Source: Somniosus microcephalus (lineage: Eukaryota). From it: a stretch of DNA of 64,000 nucleotides. The position numbers and the translations under genes were made by a program. The DNA is taken from positions 212,040,001-212,104,000 of the forward strand of contig CM126205.1 of the NCBI GenBank assembly GCA_052327205.1. Reading direction: 5' to 3'. The notes under the pieces are model-generated. The model did not search any database and was not told the DNA's origin. It worked only from the letters and a program-made list of their open reading frames with translations. Of the stretch, positions 13,599 to 26,798 are shown piece by piece; positions within the stretch are counted from its first letter, which is position 1, and each line of letters opens with the position of its first letter.

Positions 13599-14710
13599 CA
13601 GTTTAACAAGCTAAGTTTTAATCATATGTAGAGGAGGTTCCGATGTTCTGATCCATCAACTCAGAGGGAATGAATGCTTACATTCCTATTGCATGTTTTG
13701 CTCATGATCACTATCTAAGTTAGAATTTCAAAATGCAACCAATCCCTTTTCCCTGTCACGTCGATCACATCTATTGTTTGTAGATTTTCTAAACATCAAT
13801 TTCTTATTTCTGGAAGGACATGTACTGTTCCGATAGTGAGAGACTCCCCATGGACTGACCAAATTCCTTATGCTGGAATTAAAGGTGCTATTAACATTGC
13901 CTTGCCTGTTTAGTTAAGTTTCTATGGGATTCAGCTCCCACCCGCCAGCAATCCTTCCTGTGCGACTGCTTAGCACTTGATCTCTGGTACAGATGATCCC
14001 CTTCAGGCCTGTTAACCCATCACTTTGCTCTTTGTTGTTCATTTTTCAGACTTCCCCAGAGATTGTCAACTAAGATCATGAGGGAAGCCCCCTCCTCTCC
14101 TTTTTATAGCTCCTCTGAGTTGTACAATGACATATTACTGTGTTGTTTCCCTTCTTTGGTTTATAAAGGCAGGGATTTTGTTTTATACCATTAGTGAATT
14201 TATTAGCCTTCTTTTGCAAAGCTTCTCACTATTGATTTATATCTCAGTCCTGTCTTGGTCTATAATTAATATTTAGTGCACTAGGTATTTTCATTCAGAA
14301 CTGCATTCTAATCTTTTTCTTTATGGATATTTTCTCTCATCTACTGTAGACCTAGCCACCCCTGATTCTCCATTATTTTATCACAATATTAGGACTATGG
14401 AAGGAAGGTCCTCATGATAGATGAGGCACGTTTCTTTGAATATTATGCCTTTGACATCAGCATTTATTTCTAATCGAACCTCTCTACTTTCCATCTATGC
14501 TTTCTAGAGTGCAACTCTATACTGAGATGTTAGTTGCAATCTGAAGTCTGGATCTCAGGGATTAGACCCCGTTCCATCATTTCGCCCCTATATGTATCAT
14601 GCCTTGTGTAATCTTATCCCTTGTTAATTCATGATCTCCAGGCTCCTACTTTTCTTTTCATACGAGGAAATTTCTCATACTCAATCCTATAGGAATTTTT
14701 GAACTATCTA

Positions 14711-15517
14711 AAAGTGTGAGGTGATACATTTTGGTGGGAAGAATGAGGAGAGACAATACATGCTAAATGGTACAATTTTAAAAGGGGTGCAAGAAGGGAG
14801 ATACCTGGGGGTGTTTATACACAAATCTTTGAAGGTGGCAGGACAGGTTAACAAAGCAATTAATAAAGCATATGGATCCTGGGCTTTATAAATAGAGGCA
14901 CAGAGTACAAAAGCCAGGAAGTTATGCTAAACCTGTATAAAACACTAGTTCGGCCCCAGCTGGAGTATTGTGTCCAATTCTGGGCACCTCACTTTAGGAA
15001 GGACATGAGGGCTTTGGAGAGGGTACAGAAGAGATTTACTAGAATGGTTCCAGGGATGAGGGACTTCAGTTATGTGGAAAGACTGGAGGAGCTGGGGTTG
15101 TTCTCCTTAGAGCAGAGAAGGGTAAGAGATTTGATAGAAGTCTTTAAAATCATGAGGGGTTTAGACAGAGTAGATAGAGAGAAACTGTTTCCAATGGCTG
15201 CAGGGTCAATAACGAGAGGGCACAGATTTAAGGTGATTGGCAAAAGGACCAGAGGCGACATGAAGAAAAACTTTTTTACACAACCAGTGGTTACAATTTG
15301 GAATGCTCTGCCTGATAGGGTGGTGGACACAGATTCAATAGTAGCCTTCAAAAGGGAATTGGATAAATACTTGAAGGAGAAAAAATTGCAGGGATATGGG
15401 CAAAGAGCCGGGAAGTGGGACTAACTGGATTGCTCTTTGAAAGAGCCAGCACAGACTCGACATGCCGAATGGCCTCCTTATGTGCTGTACTATTTTATAT
15501 TTCTATGATTCTATGAT
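14711..15517 (+). mobile_element. CR1 LINE 3' fragment
   Basis: ORF 14924-15424 (LYKTLVRPQLEYCVQFWAP...ERVQKRFTRMVPG...TRGH...FFTQ...WNALP) plus a TTCTATGA tail repeat at 15501-15517. Confidence 0.93.
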
Positions 15518-18153
15518 ACCTGACAGCATTCTCATCAATTAACTTCTTCTTTTAGGAATATATGGGATATCCATATTTTTGTCCCTTTGAGCATGGTATT
15601 GATTTTAGTTAAATTCTTATTCCATTTTATCATGGGTTGAGAGGTACATCTTGTTTCAGTCCACTTTACCTCCATTTTTCTTGGATCAGTGTTGTTTCCC
15701 TTGTTTGTCAACGCATCTTATTCCTTGAGTTGTCACTTGCGTTATGCATGACATCCTGTGAATTTGGATATCGTCATCCTCCTTCTCTACTGTTCCACTT
15801 ACACTTTTCTTTTTCTTGATATGTGGGCAACCTCTAACCCATCTGCACATTTTAAAATTATTTTTTCACCATAGAACTAACTGGGTGGATTGATCTGAGT
15901 AAGTCCACCACTGTCACAATGGTCTGAGTTCACCATCCCTGCAGGGTAAACTCATTTGCGTGCTCCCTTGCTAACTCTTCTTGCCTGCACTGTAAAATGG
16001 CTTGCTATAAAATGTGCAAAACTGAATAATCCAGTTTCTAAAGTAGACTGAGACTTTTAATTGTGAAAATCCATTTAAAATGTGTGGGTGGGACCCACTG
16101 GCGTGAAAGCAAGTGGATATATGGACAGTAGCGATTATAATTAAAGTTGCGTTAAACTGCAGTCTGGCCCTGTCTAACCTTCAAATAAACCTTTTTCGAG
16201 TTGCATTTGAGGAATGAATTAAAATGGAACATCAAGCTCTCAAAGGAAATATTTAGCAAGGTAGAGTGAAAAAACCAAGGATTGTACTATCAAAACTAAA
16301 ATGAAAAACTTAGGTACAAGTTTTGGTTTCTAGTGGACCCATCTGCCCTAGTTGAAGGACAGCTTTTGCCTGGCAAAGATGAATCGCCCTTTGAGATTAG
16401 AAAGCACTGATAGTGTACATGTATTTTTGAAATCACAACTCAATTGGACCTGGAACTCTAAACCAGCCAATTCCATAGCCAGATTTTCACTCACCAGCTG
16501 CCAGGATGAGTAGGTACAGATATACAGTAGCTACCGATTTAGGAGGCAAGGATAAAGACCCTTTTTCCTCAATAGTATTATTTGTAATGTCACAACTATC
16601 TTACATCACATGTTGGTACTAGTGACAACGTCTTTGGTATTGTCACTGTATAAAGGCAAGTATAAAGCTTAGTGTATAAATATTTATATAAATTTATTGT
16701 GTGCTGTACAAATGTAGAGCTAAGGATGTGCATGGTCTAAAATGGCTGCTCAGCATGCCTAACTTCCAGAGGATGGCTTTTGTCTTCAACTTCCATACAA
16801 TTTTCTGTCTTTTTTTAAGCCAGAAAGACATCATTTGAGAGGAGTGAACACCTACTTATAGATCATTCAACCTGGAAATGGGACCATCAGAGGAAACATT
16901 AACCCATTAACTGCATTTCAGGCAGTTCAAAATCTAATGAACCATTTCAGCCAGCTATCTCTATGACTGAGGGAGAGAGGAAAACTGGGGCACAAAAGCA
17001 TAGGAACCAGGTGGTCCTGGGTGAAGTAGAACTGAAAGCAGGTATTACAGATTGCTGCTGAAGAGACTGGCTGCATTCTCTGTTGTCAGGAGCAGAGCAT
17101 AGTTTTTTAAAGATCAGGCCATTTACTGCAGTCATTGTACATAAGCTTGTGCTGTTTGTATGGTGTTTAATTTCTGTAAATAAATCTACATAATTAATGT
17201 GGAATCAGAGCCCAGCTCAAATGTGGTGTGTTGACACTGCTATCTTCCAGAACGGTTTAGAGAGGAATAAAGTGCAGTAAGTGTTAGCAATCTATGATTG
17301 TGTGAGTCTTAAATGGTGTGAGGTCTCTGCAGCAGCAGTAAACTGTAAGCTAACACTTCTGTTTCATACAGGATCTGAGGTCTACTTACAGGAAGTACAT
17401 TGCAAGAAGGAATTGCTCTTTTCAATAACCTGAAATTACATCAAACTAATAGCAGCAGGTTTTGAGAGATGTCTGTGCAGTCAACTATGCTTTTACATAC
17501 CATTTTCAGTCTGTAATGGCTTTGAGTAGTGTATACTTCGTGGTGTATATGTGTATTTGAGGTTACTTTTTGACCAAGATCCACTGACAGTCATTGAACA
17601 GTAGCTATATACTCTGATTCCTACTTCTTCTCAAACTCTCTTCTACTCCATTTTCTAATTTTTTTTCTGCTTGTTTATGTTACATGTGCTCTGTACAGAT
17701 TAGTAAAGATTGCTTATCATCATTACAGTTGTAGTCCTTATCTCACCTGGACCTCATATGGATCTTGGATCTGTGCCTCTGTCAGAATGTCCAGCAGTTA
17801 AAATGCTTGACCCATCTCATGTGCTCATAATTGCTTCTTCTAATTGCTAAGTAGAGCATCCGGAGCTCAATTGTCCTTCTAATTACAGCCTGTTTTCAGG
17901 CAGTTTTGGGATGCTAAAAAGAGTAAAATGGAGTGGTAAGATACACTGCCTCAAATCTGCCCCAAAAATTGCACCATACTTCTCCTTAAAAAAAGGAATT
18001 CCTCTTTAACACCCGCTTGGAGCCTACTTTGACACATTTAAATGGGATTGGTTGGGTGTGGTTAATATTTCCACTTCATTTCTCTAACTTCTGCTCCAAA
18101 TCTGACGCAAGTTGAAGCCACCACTATATGAGTGGTAACCCTGAGGTGGATAC

Positions 18154-18661
18154 TGTAATGTATATACGTTTAAGTGGGGAACTATCTTTTACAGCTCATG
18201 TATACTGCAGTACCGGCAGTGACCACACCTTTATATAGCCCTGTGTAAGTAATCTGTACAGATCAGTTCGGGCAGCACGGTGGCATAGTGGTTAGCACTG
18301 TTGCCTCACAGAGCCAGAGACCCAGGTTCGAATCCGGCCTCGGGTGATGGTCTGTGTGGAGTTTGCACATTCTCCCCGTGTTTGCGTGGGTTTTCTCCGG
18401 GGGCTCCGGTTTCCTCCCACAGTCCAAAGATGTGCGGGTTAGGTTGATTGGCTATGATAAATTGACCGGTATGGGGATAGGGTGGGCTATGTGTTACAGG
18501 GATCGGGTAGGATATGTGTCGGTGCAGGCTCGATGGGCCAAAATGGCCTCTATCTGCACTGTGGGGTTTCTGTGATTTCTGTGAACTGTGAGCCACGTTG
18601 AGTAAACACCTGTTGTACCGTTTCTGCTGCAATCTGTATCTTATTATACACGGACATAACA
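18154..18661 (+). repeat. 5' LTR (194 bp net: 18154-18269 + 18584-18661), split by an HE1 SINE
   Basis: Starts TGTAATGTATATAC and ends GGACATAACA. Collinear with the three 3' LTR pieces. Confidence 0.93.
18270..18583 (+). mobile_element. HE1-type V-SINE inserted in the 5' LTR
   Basis: tRNA-like head (TGGCATAGTGG A-box, GGTTCGAATCC B-box), V-core GGAGTTTGCACATTCTCCCCGTG...CCGGTTTCCTCCCACAGTCCAAAGA, CR1-like tail. Absent at the matching 3' LTR position (GATCAGTTC|AACTGTGAG). Confidence 0.92.
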
Positions 18662-18959
18662 TTGGCAACGAGGCAGGTTCGAACCTACCTGCAACTCTGC
18701 ATCACCTCCCGGGGATTCGTTCCTGGAGATCAGTGGATTGGAGGTCAAGGCCAGAGACTCGGGCATCAACCACGGGCAACCACCCAGTCATCCAGCAGAG
18801 ACTCGACAATTGCGGGGGAGGCTGTCGAGAGCCAGACTTGGCTTTCCAGTCGAGGTGGTCCAGCGAAACGGGCTGGCAACAGGTAGTGCGCAGACCCTTC
18901 CCGGACAGCGGCGGGCTAGAGCCCGACCGAGCGGCAGAGCAAAGGGCCGAGCAGTGTCG

Positions 18960-19106
18960 ACGGGGGAGAGAGAGAGAGGGCAGAGCGCACAGGGCGCAGC
19001 CGGTGTTCAGGGGCTGAGCAGCGTCGAAGAGAGGGAGAGAGAGAGAGGGCAGAGTGCACAGGGCGCAGCCGGTGTTCAGGGGCCGAGCAGCGTCGGAGAG
19101 AGAGAC
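18960..19106 (+). repeat. ~70-bp tandem duplication in the Gypsy leader
   Basis: GAGAGAGAGGGCAGAGYGCACAGGGCGCAGCCGGTGTTCAGGGGCYGAGCAGCGTCG occurs twice. Confidence 0.85.
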
Positions 19107-19226
19107 GCGCAGAAACCCGCAAGGCGCCGTCATTGCCACAAGAACCGCCGGGAGCGGGGGAGGAAGGAAAGCGCGGGAGACGCCATTTTAAGCTATTGGG
19201 AGACGCCATTTTAAACCAGACCCAAA

Positions 19227-22200
19227 ATGCCGAAGAGTGGCAGTATCACCACATTTGACTATGAAGTCGAAGATTGGACTACATATGTCGAAGGAATAGA
19301 GGTGTACTGCAAGGCAAATGAGGTGTCAGATGACAAGAAAGCGCCGGTATTGTTAAATTTAATGGGTGCAAAGACGTATGGTTCATTACGAAATCTAGTA
19401 ACCCCAACGAAGCCAATGGAAAAGAGTTTTGAAGACATAGTAACGATACTAAAGGAACATTTAAACCCCACACTGCTGCTGATAGCAGAAAGATTCAAGT
19501 TTCACAAACGGAACCAGCATAAGGATGAAAGCAATGCTGATTATTTAATAGAACTGTGCAAACTATCGAAACACTGCCAGTTTGGAGCGGGACTGACAGA
19601 TACCTTAAGGGACAAGTTTGTGTGTGGGCTTCAAAGTGAAGGAACCCAGAAACGGCTTTTATCTGAAAAGGACCTTACGCTGGAAAAGGCTTTCAGCATT
19701 GCGGTATCATATGAAGCAGCAGCACAGGGTGCTGCAGAGATACAACAGAGACCGCAAGAATATGGCACAAACGAAATGTCATATGGAACAGAGAAGTGCT
19801 ATCACTGCGGCAGAACAACACACGACCACAATGATTGCTGGTTCAAAGACAAAGTGTGCAGACAGTGTGGAAAAGTAGGATACATAGCAGGAGTCTGCAG
19901 GTCGGGAAAGAAAACCAGCAATAAGAAACCTATCAAAGAAAAGTACAAGAAGGTACATAAGGTGACGGAGAATAGTTCAGACAAACAAAAGAGTGATAAT
20001 GACTCTGAAAGCAGGGAACTGAGTTGTCTGAAACTACATAATGTGATCACAATGGAGGATCACCGAACCATTTGGGTCACTCTCAAGATAGCAGGAGTCC
20101 AGGTAAAGATGGAATTGGACACAGGATCAGCCCTAACAGTCATAAACCGACGCGACTATGAGCGGCTACTCTCACACATACCCTTGAGAGACACAAAAAT
20201 TATTTTGAAGACGTACACGGGGCAAAATGTCTACCCCAAAGGAAAAATAAGGGTGACCATTATATATAACGGTAAGGAAACACCAAAACTAGAACTGTAT
20301 GTATTGCAAGATGGAGGACCACCATTACTGGGACGTGAATGGATCTGGAACATACAACTGGATTGGCATTCCATACAGGCACTGACTGTGGCTGACAAAA
20401 AGGATGATGACGTCACACCTGGGCGACTGTCAAAGATCCTAACTGACGCAAAAGAAGTGTTCCAGCAAGGACTCGGAACACTAAAAGGCATGACAGCGAC
20501 AATTAAAATTGAAGAAAACGCAAGCCCAAAATTTTGTAAGGCCAGACCGGTACCTTATGCGATCCGCCCAGCCGTCGAAGCAGAGCTGGAGAGTCTGGAA
20601 CGTTCAGGTGTACTGTCCAAGATAGACTGGAGCGAGTGGGCTACACCCATCGTCCCTGTGATGAAAAAGTCGTTGAGCAGCATGCCTGGGGAACCAAGGA
20701 AGGTTCGCATCTGTGGGGACTTTAAGGTAACAGTGAACCCGGTCCTTCACACTGTACAATATCCACTTCTGCGGATTGAAGATATTTTCGCCTCGCTACC
20801 TGGAGGGAAATGCTTCACTAAGATTGATCTGGCCCAGGCGTATCTGCAAATGGAGGTAGAAGAAGCATCAAAAAAATACCTCACAATCAACACCCATAAA
20901 GGTCTCTACCAATACAACCGGCTGGTATTCGGGGTAGCATCAGCTCCGGCTATTTGGCAGAGGGCAATGGAACAAGTCCTGCAAGGGATCCCAGGGACCC
21001 AGTGTTATTTGGACGACATCCTGGTCACGGGCGAAAATGACAGTGATCACCTTGCCAACCTGGAGCAGGTGCTCACTAGATTGCAGGAATATGGGCTCTG
21101 AGCTAACCGCCCCAAATGCGAGTTTTTTAGAAAACAGATCTCGTATTGTGGCCACGTTATCGATAAAGAGGGGTTACATAAGTCCCCAGAGAAGATTGAG
21201 GCAGTAGTCAAGGCTCCAGCACCGGAAAATGTGTCACAACTGAGGTTGTTCCTCGGGCTGGTAAACTACTACCATAAGTTCTTGCCAAATTTGTCTACAA
21301 TACTACACCCACTGAACACCCTACTGCAAACTGGGTGCCATGGAAGTGGAGTGACGAATGTAGACGAGCTTTCCAGAAGAGCAAAACACTAATCACATTG
21401 AAAGAGGTATTGGCCCATTACAACCCAGCATTACCAATTCGGTTGGCATGTGATGTGTCACCCTACGGCATTGGAGCAGTGCTGTCGCACAAATTCTCGG
21501 GCGGCTCAGAGAGGCCAATAGCCTTTGCGTCACGATCACTAACCTCAGCCGAGCGTAACTACGCCCAGATTGACAGGGAGGCCCTCAGCCTAGTGTGGGG
21601 AGTGAAAAAGTTCAATCACTATCTGCACGGGCAGAAATTCACCTTGCTGACTGATCACCAGCCTCTTGTCTACATTTTTAATCCGAAGAAGGGCGTTCCG
21701 GTGATGACTGCGCAATGACTACAAAGATGGTCACTTTTTCTAGGGGCGCACCACTATGAGATTGAATATAAGGGCACGAAACAGCATGGAAATGCTGATG
21801 GGCTATCACGCCTGCCACTGCCTACTGCGGAGGAAGCACCAGCAGTGGATCCTGTCGAAATATTCCATTCGACTATAGTTGAATACCTACCGGTAACTAA
21901 CGCTTGTATCGAAAAGGAAACCCGAAATGACCCGACACTGTCTCGGGTATATGATTTGACGGTGAAGGGATGGCCAGCACATGGCGACTCACTGTTGCCA
22001 GCATTCTCGACAAGGAGAGAACAGCTGTCAGTGTGCCGGGGGACCTTGATGTGTGGATCCCGAGTGGTAATTCCACCCAAGTTAAGGGATAGAGTGCTCA
22101 ATGAGCTTCATGAGGGTCATGTGGGAGATGTAAAAATGAAAAGCCTAGCCAGGGCTTATGTGTGGTGGCCGGGAATCGATAAACAAATCGAGGACCTGAC

Positions 22201-23179
22201 CAAGAGCTTCTCAGGATGCCAGAAAGTCCAAAATGCACCACCACAGGCCCCTCTACACCCATGGGAGTGGCCCTCATCTCCATGGCAACGGGTGCATATT
22301 GATTTTGCTGGTCCATTCATGGACTCAATGTTTTTAATAGCCGTGGATGCACACTCGAAATGTCCTGAGGTCATCAAAATGTCCTCCACCACCATGGAGA
22401 AAACTATTGCAGTCCTATGGACCATTTTTGCCAGGAATGGCTTGCCAGAACAGATTTGCTCCGACAACGGACCACAGTTTGTGTCCGAAGAGTTCCGGAG
22501 GTTCTTGAAAAAGAATGGGGTAAGGCATTACACATCCGCCCCGTAATATCCAGCCACAAATGGATTGGCTGAGAGGTTCGTACAAACCTTTAAGAAGGCA
22601 ATAAAGGCTATGTACAATGACAACATTCCGCTGCAGCACAAGGTGGACAATTTCCTGTTCGCCTACCGGAATGCGACACATGCAGTCACCAACCAGGCCC
22701 CAGCCATGATGTTCTTTAACCGAAGGTTAAGATCTCGCCTGGATTTGCTCAGACCAAACGTACAAAGAGATGTTGAGAGTAAGCAATTCCAGCACATCAA
22801 TGAGAAGCCAACAAGGAGCTTCAATGTAGGGCAACCAGTCTTGGCCCACGACTACCGAACAGAAAAATGGCAGCCAGGAATGATATGCACACGGCAGGGC
22901 CCACTAATGTACACAGTGGACGTTGGGGAGAGCATCGTGAGACGCCATGCTGACCAGATCCTAGAGTCACAGGAACAAGTCAACCCCATGCCTCGCCCAT
23001 ACGTATCTGGTGATGAACCCGATGTACAGGTCGCATCTACCCCAGAAACAGTAGCATCGGAAGCTGATGAACCAACTGACGACAGGGGGCCAGAATCGCC
23101 TCCGCACCAAGAGCAAGACACTCGGGAAAGGCGCTATCCAGAAAGGATCAGGAAGCCTCCCCAAAGACTGAATATATAA
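19227..23179 (+). pseudogene. Gypsy gag-pol polyprotein, disrupted
   Basis: Zn knuckle CYHCGRTTHDHNDC; protease LDTGS; RT ICGDFK/IDLAQAY/YLDD; RNase H LACD..PYGIGAVLS and TDHQPL; integrase HIDFAGP/SDNGPQF/AERFVQT. Stops at 21099, 21716 and 22544 and a frameshift near 21335. Confidence 0.95.
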
Positions 23180-23342
23180 ATAGACTATTTTCAGCTAATG
23201 TTGCATGTTAAAAGTGTTAATTGTAATTAGTTTGATATTTAATTGTTAAATGAGTGTTATGGTACTGTTAATCTAAAAGGGGAGGAATTGTAATGTATAT
23301 ACCTTTAAGTGGGGAACTGAATTTAGGGAGTTAGGAGCTAAA

Positions 23343-23606
23343 TTGAAAAGTAGGACCTCAAAGGTAGTAATCTCTGGATTGCTACCAGTGCCACGAGCTA
23401 ATAAGTTTAGAGAGAGTAAGATAGATAAGCTAAATACGTGGCTTGAGCAGTGGTGCAAGGGAGAGGGATTTAAATTCTTGAGGCATTGGAACCAGTTCTT
23501 GGGGAGGAGGGACCTGTACCAAGGGGACGGTCTACACCTGAACTGTGAGGGAGCCGATGTCCTCGGGGTAATATTTTCTAGGGCGGTTCGGGAGGATTTA
23601 AACTAA
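23343..23606 (+). pseudogene. CR1 ORF1 C-terminal SGNH esterase-like fragment
   Basis: KVVISGLLPVPR...LNTWLEQWC...DGLHLN motif typical of the CR1 ORF1 esterase domain. Confidence 0.85.
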
Positions 23607-23653
23607 TTTGGCAGGGGGATGGGAACCTAGGTAGTGGAAAAGAGGGAAGTCAT

Positions 23654-26563
23654 ATGAAGTCAGAAATAGATGGTAGAAAGGTGAGAAGCAATAAGCAAAG
23701 GAGAGAAACACAAAGGGCCAAACTAATTCATAATGAGAGTGTGAAAAAAGCAAGCCTGAAGGCTTTGTATCTTAATGCTAGAAGCATTAGGAACAAGGTG
23801 GATGAATTAGTTGTGGAAATAGAGGTAAACAAGTATGATTTGATTGGGATTACAGAAACGTGGCTGCAGGGTGGGCAAGGCTGGGAACTTAACATCCAGG
23901 GATATACAATATTTAGGAAGGATCGGCAAAAAGGTAGGGGAGGTGGGGTAGCATTGCTGGTAAAGGAGGGGATTAATGCAATGGAAAGGAAGGATATTAA
24001 CTCGGATGAAACGGAATCTGTATGGGTAGAAATGAGAAATAGCAAGGGGAGGAAAACGTTAGTGGGTGTGATATATAGGCCTCCAAATAGTAATATGGAG
24101 GTGAGGGAAGGCATAAAAAGGGAAATTAGAGAAGCGTGCGATAAGAGCACAGCTGTCATCATGGGTGACTTTAATTTACATATTGATTGGACTACCCAAA
24201 TTAGTTAAAATTCTGAGGAGGAGGAATTCCTGGAATGTTTTCGGGACGGTTATCTGGACCAATATGTCGAGGAGCCGACTCGAGATCAGGCCATTTTAGA
24301 CTGGGTATTGTGCAATGAGAAGGGACTTATCAGCAATCTTCTTGTACGAGGCCCCTTGGGTCAGAGCGATCATAATATGATCGAGCTCTCAGTCGAGATG
24401 GAGAGTGAGGAAATTGAATCAGAGACTAAGGTCCAGAACTTAAATAAAGGGAATTACGAGGGTCTGAGACGGGAATTGGGTAAGATTGATTGGGTGGTGT
24501 TTCTGGGGGGATTGACAGTAGAGAGACAATGGCAAGCATTCAAAGATAGAATGGAAGAATTCCAGAACATGTTTATACCGGTTTGGCATAAAAATAAACC
24601 TAAAAAGGTGACTCAACCGTGGATAACGAGGGAAATTAGGGACAGCATAAAATCAAAAAAAAGGGCATATCAACTGGCAAAAAAAAGCACCAGACCGGAA
24701 GATTGGGGGCAGTACAGGATACAGCAAAAGAGGACAAAGGGATTAATCAGGAAGGGGAAAATAGAATACGAAAGTAAACTTGCAGCAAACATAAAGACAG
24801 ACTGCAAAAGCTTTTATCGGTATATCAGGAGGAAAAGACTGGTAAAATCCCAAGTCGGTCCCTTGCAGTCCGATTCGGGAGAATATATAATGGAGAATAA
24901 GGAAATGGCAGACCAATTAAACTCATACTTTGGTTCTGTATTCACAAAGGAGGACACAAATAACCTCCCAGGAATATCGGCAAACATGGGGACTAATGAG
25001 AGGGAGGAGCTGACAGAAATTAGTATCTCTAGGGATATGGTGTTGGGTAAGTTGAGGGGACTGAAGGCCGACAAATCCCCGGGGCCTGATAAACTACATC
25101 CTAGGGTACTTAAGGAGGTGGCCCTGGAGATAGCAGATGCTCTAAGGATCATCTTCCGGAACTCCATTGACTCGGGAACAGTACCTGTGGATTGGAGGGT
25201 AGCTAATGTTACCCCAATATTTAAAAAGGTGGGTAGAGAGAAAGCAGGGAATTATAGACCAGTAAGCCTTACATCGGTTGTGGGCAAAATGCTAGAGTCT
25301 ATTATTAAGGATAAAATAGCGGAGCACTTGACAAATGGGGAAAGGATCGGACAGAGTCAACATGGATTTACAAAGGGTAAATCGTGTTTGACTAATCTGC
25401 TGGAATTTTTTGAGGAAGTAACTGGTAAAATAGATGGGGGAGAGCCAGTGGATGTGGTGTACCTTGACTTCCAGAAAGCCTTCGATAAGGTTCCACACAA
25501 AAGATTATCATGCAAAATTAAGGCTCATGGAATTGGGGGCAAAGTATTAACGTGGATAGAGAACTGGCTGGCGGATAGAAAACAGAGAGTTGGAATAAAC
25601 GGCTCGTTTTCGGAGTGGCAGGCAGTGACCAGCGGGGTGCCGCAAGGATCTGTCCTGGGACCCCAGCTGTTCACAATATATATAAATGATCTGGATCAGG
25701 GAATTGGATGCAATATTTCCAAATTCGCTGACGACACTAAACTAGGAGGAGGGGTGGGCTCTGATGAGGATGTCAGGAGGCTACAGTGCGATTTGGACAG
25801 GTTGGGGGAATGGGCGGATACGTGGCAGATGCACTATAATGTGGATAAATGCGAGGTTATCCACTTTGGGGGTAAAAACAGGAGGGTAGATTATTATCTA
25901 AATGGCAATAGATTGGGAGATGGGGAAGTGCAGAGGGACCTGGGTGTTCTTGTGCACCAGTCACTGAAGGAGAGCATGCAGGTGCAACAGGCGATTAAGA
26001 AGGCAAATAGTATGTTGGCCTTCATATCAAGGGGGTTCGAGTATAGGAATAGAGATACCTTACTACAGCTGTACAAGGTGCTGGTGAGACCGCATCTGGA
26101 GTATTGTGTACAGTTTTGGTCGCCCCATCTGCGGAAGGATGTTCTTGCCATGGAAAGAGTGCAACGGCGATTCACCAGGCTGATACCTGGAATGGCAGGA
26201 ATGACCTACGAAGAGAGATTAAATAGTTTGGGCTTGTACTCACTGGAGTTTAGAAGATTGAGAGGGGATCTCATCGAAACATATAAAATTATGGCAGGCC
26301 TGGACAGGCTGAATTCAGAGAGAATGTTTCCAATGGCCGGGGAGCACAGAACCAGGGGCCACAGTCTAAAAATAGCGGGCAAATCATTTAAAACAGAGAT
26401 GAGGAAGAATTTCTTCACTCAAAGAGTGGTGAGCCTGTGGAATTCCCTGCCACAGAGGGCTGTGAAGGCTAATTCAATAAATATTTTCAAGAGAGAATTG
26501 GATATATTTCTGAAGGCTAAGGGGATTAAGGGTTACGGAGAAAAGGCGGGGACGGGGTACTGA
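23654..26563 (+). pseudogene. CR1 ORF2 (APE endonuclease + reverse transcriptase) with a single in-frame TAA at 24206-24208
   Basis: Endonuclease motifs YLNARSI, GITETW, GVIYRPP, MGDFN, SDHN. RT motifs NYRPVSLTS, QHGF, YLDFQKAFD, GVPQGSVLGP, FADD. ORFs 23654-24208 and 24308-26563 are in the same frame. Confidence 0.93.
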
Positions 26564-26798
26564 ACTGGTAAGATCAGCCATGATCTCATTGAATGGCGGA
26601 GCAGGCTCGAAGGGCCGAATGGCCTACTCCTGTTCCTATCTCTATGTATCTATGAACTATCTTTTACAGCTCATGTATACTGCAGTACCGGCAGTGACCA
26701 CACCTGTATATAGCCCTGAGTAGTAATCTGTACAGATCAGTTCAACTGTGAGCCACGTTGAGTAAACACCTGTTGTACCTTTTCTGCTGCAGTCTGTA

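Larger units (their letters stand above)
23319..26653 (+). mobile_element. Young, 5'-truncated CR1 LINE inserted in the 3' LTR
   Basis: ORF1 tail, near-complete ORF2, 3' UTR stem GCAGGCTCGAAGGGCCGAATGGCCTAC and (TCTATG) tail. GAACT duplicated at 23314-23318 and 26654-26658. Confidence 0.95.

Noticed and set aside
13630-14700. Possible very old antisense LINE remnant
   Set aside because: Only vague resemblance; no diagnostic motif could be read.
18270-18345. tRNA gene (A and B boxes)
   Set aside because: It is the tRNA-derived head of an HE1 SINE; the same applies to 29490-29558 and 60850-60915.
18598-19214. Extra ORFs upstream of gag
   Set aside because: GC-rich leader with a tandem duplication, open in several frames with no recognisable domain.
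22900-23288. env gene or chromodomain after integrase
   Set aside because: The integrase tail is low-complexity and ends RYPERIRKPPQRL; only ~110 bp remain before the 3' LTR, leaving no room for env.
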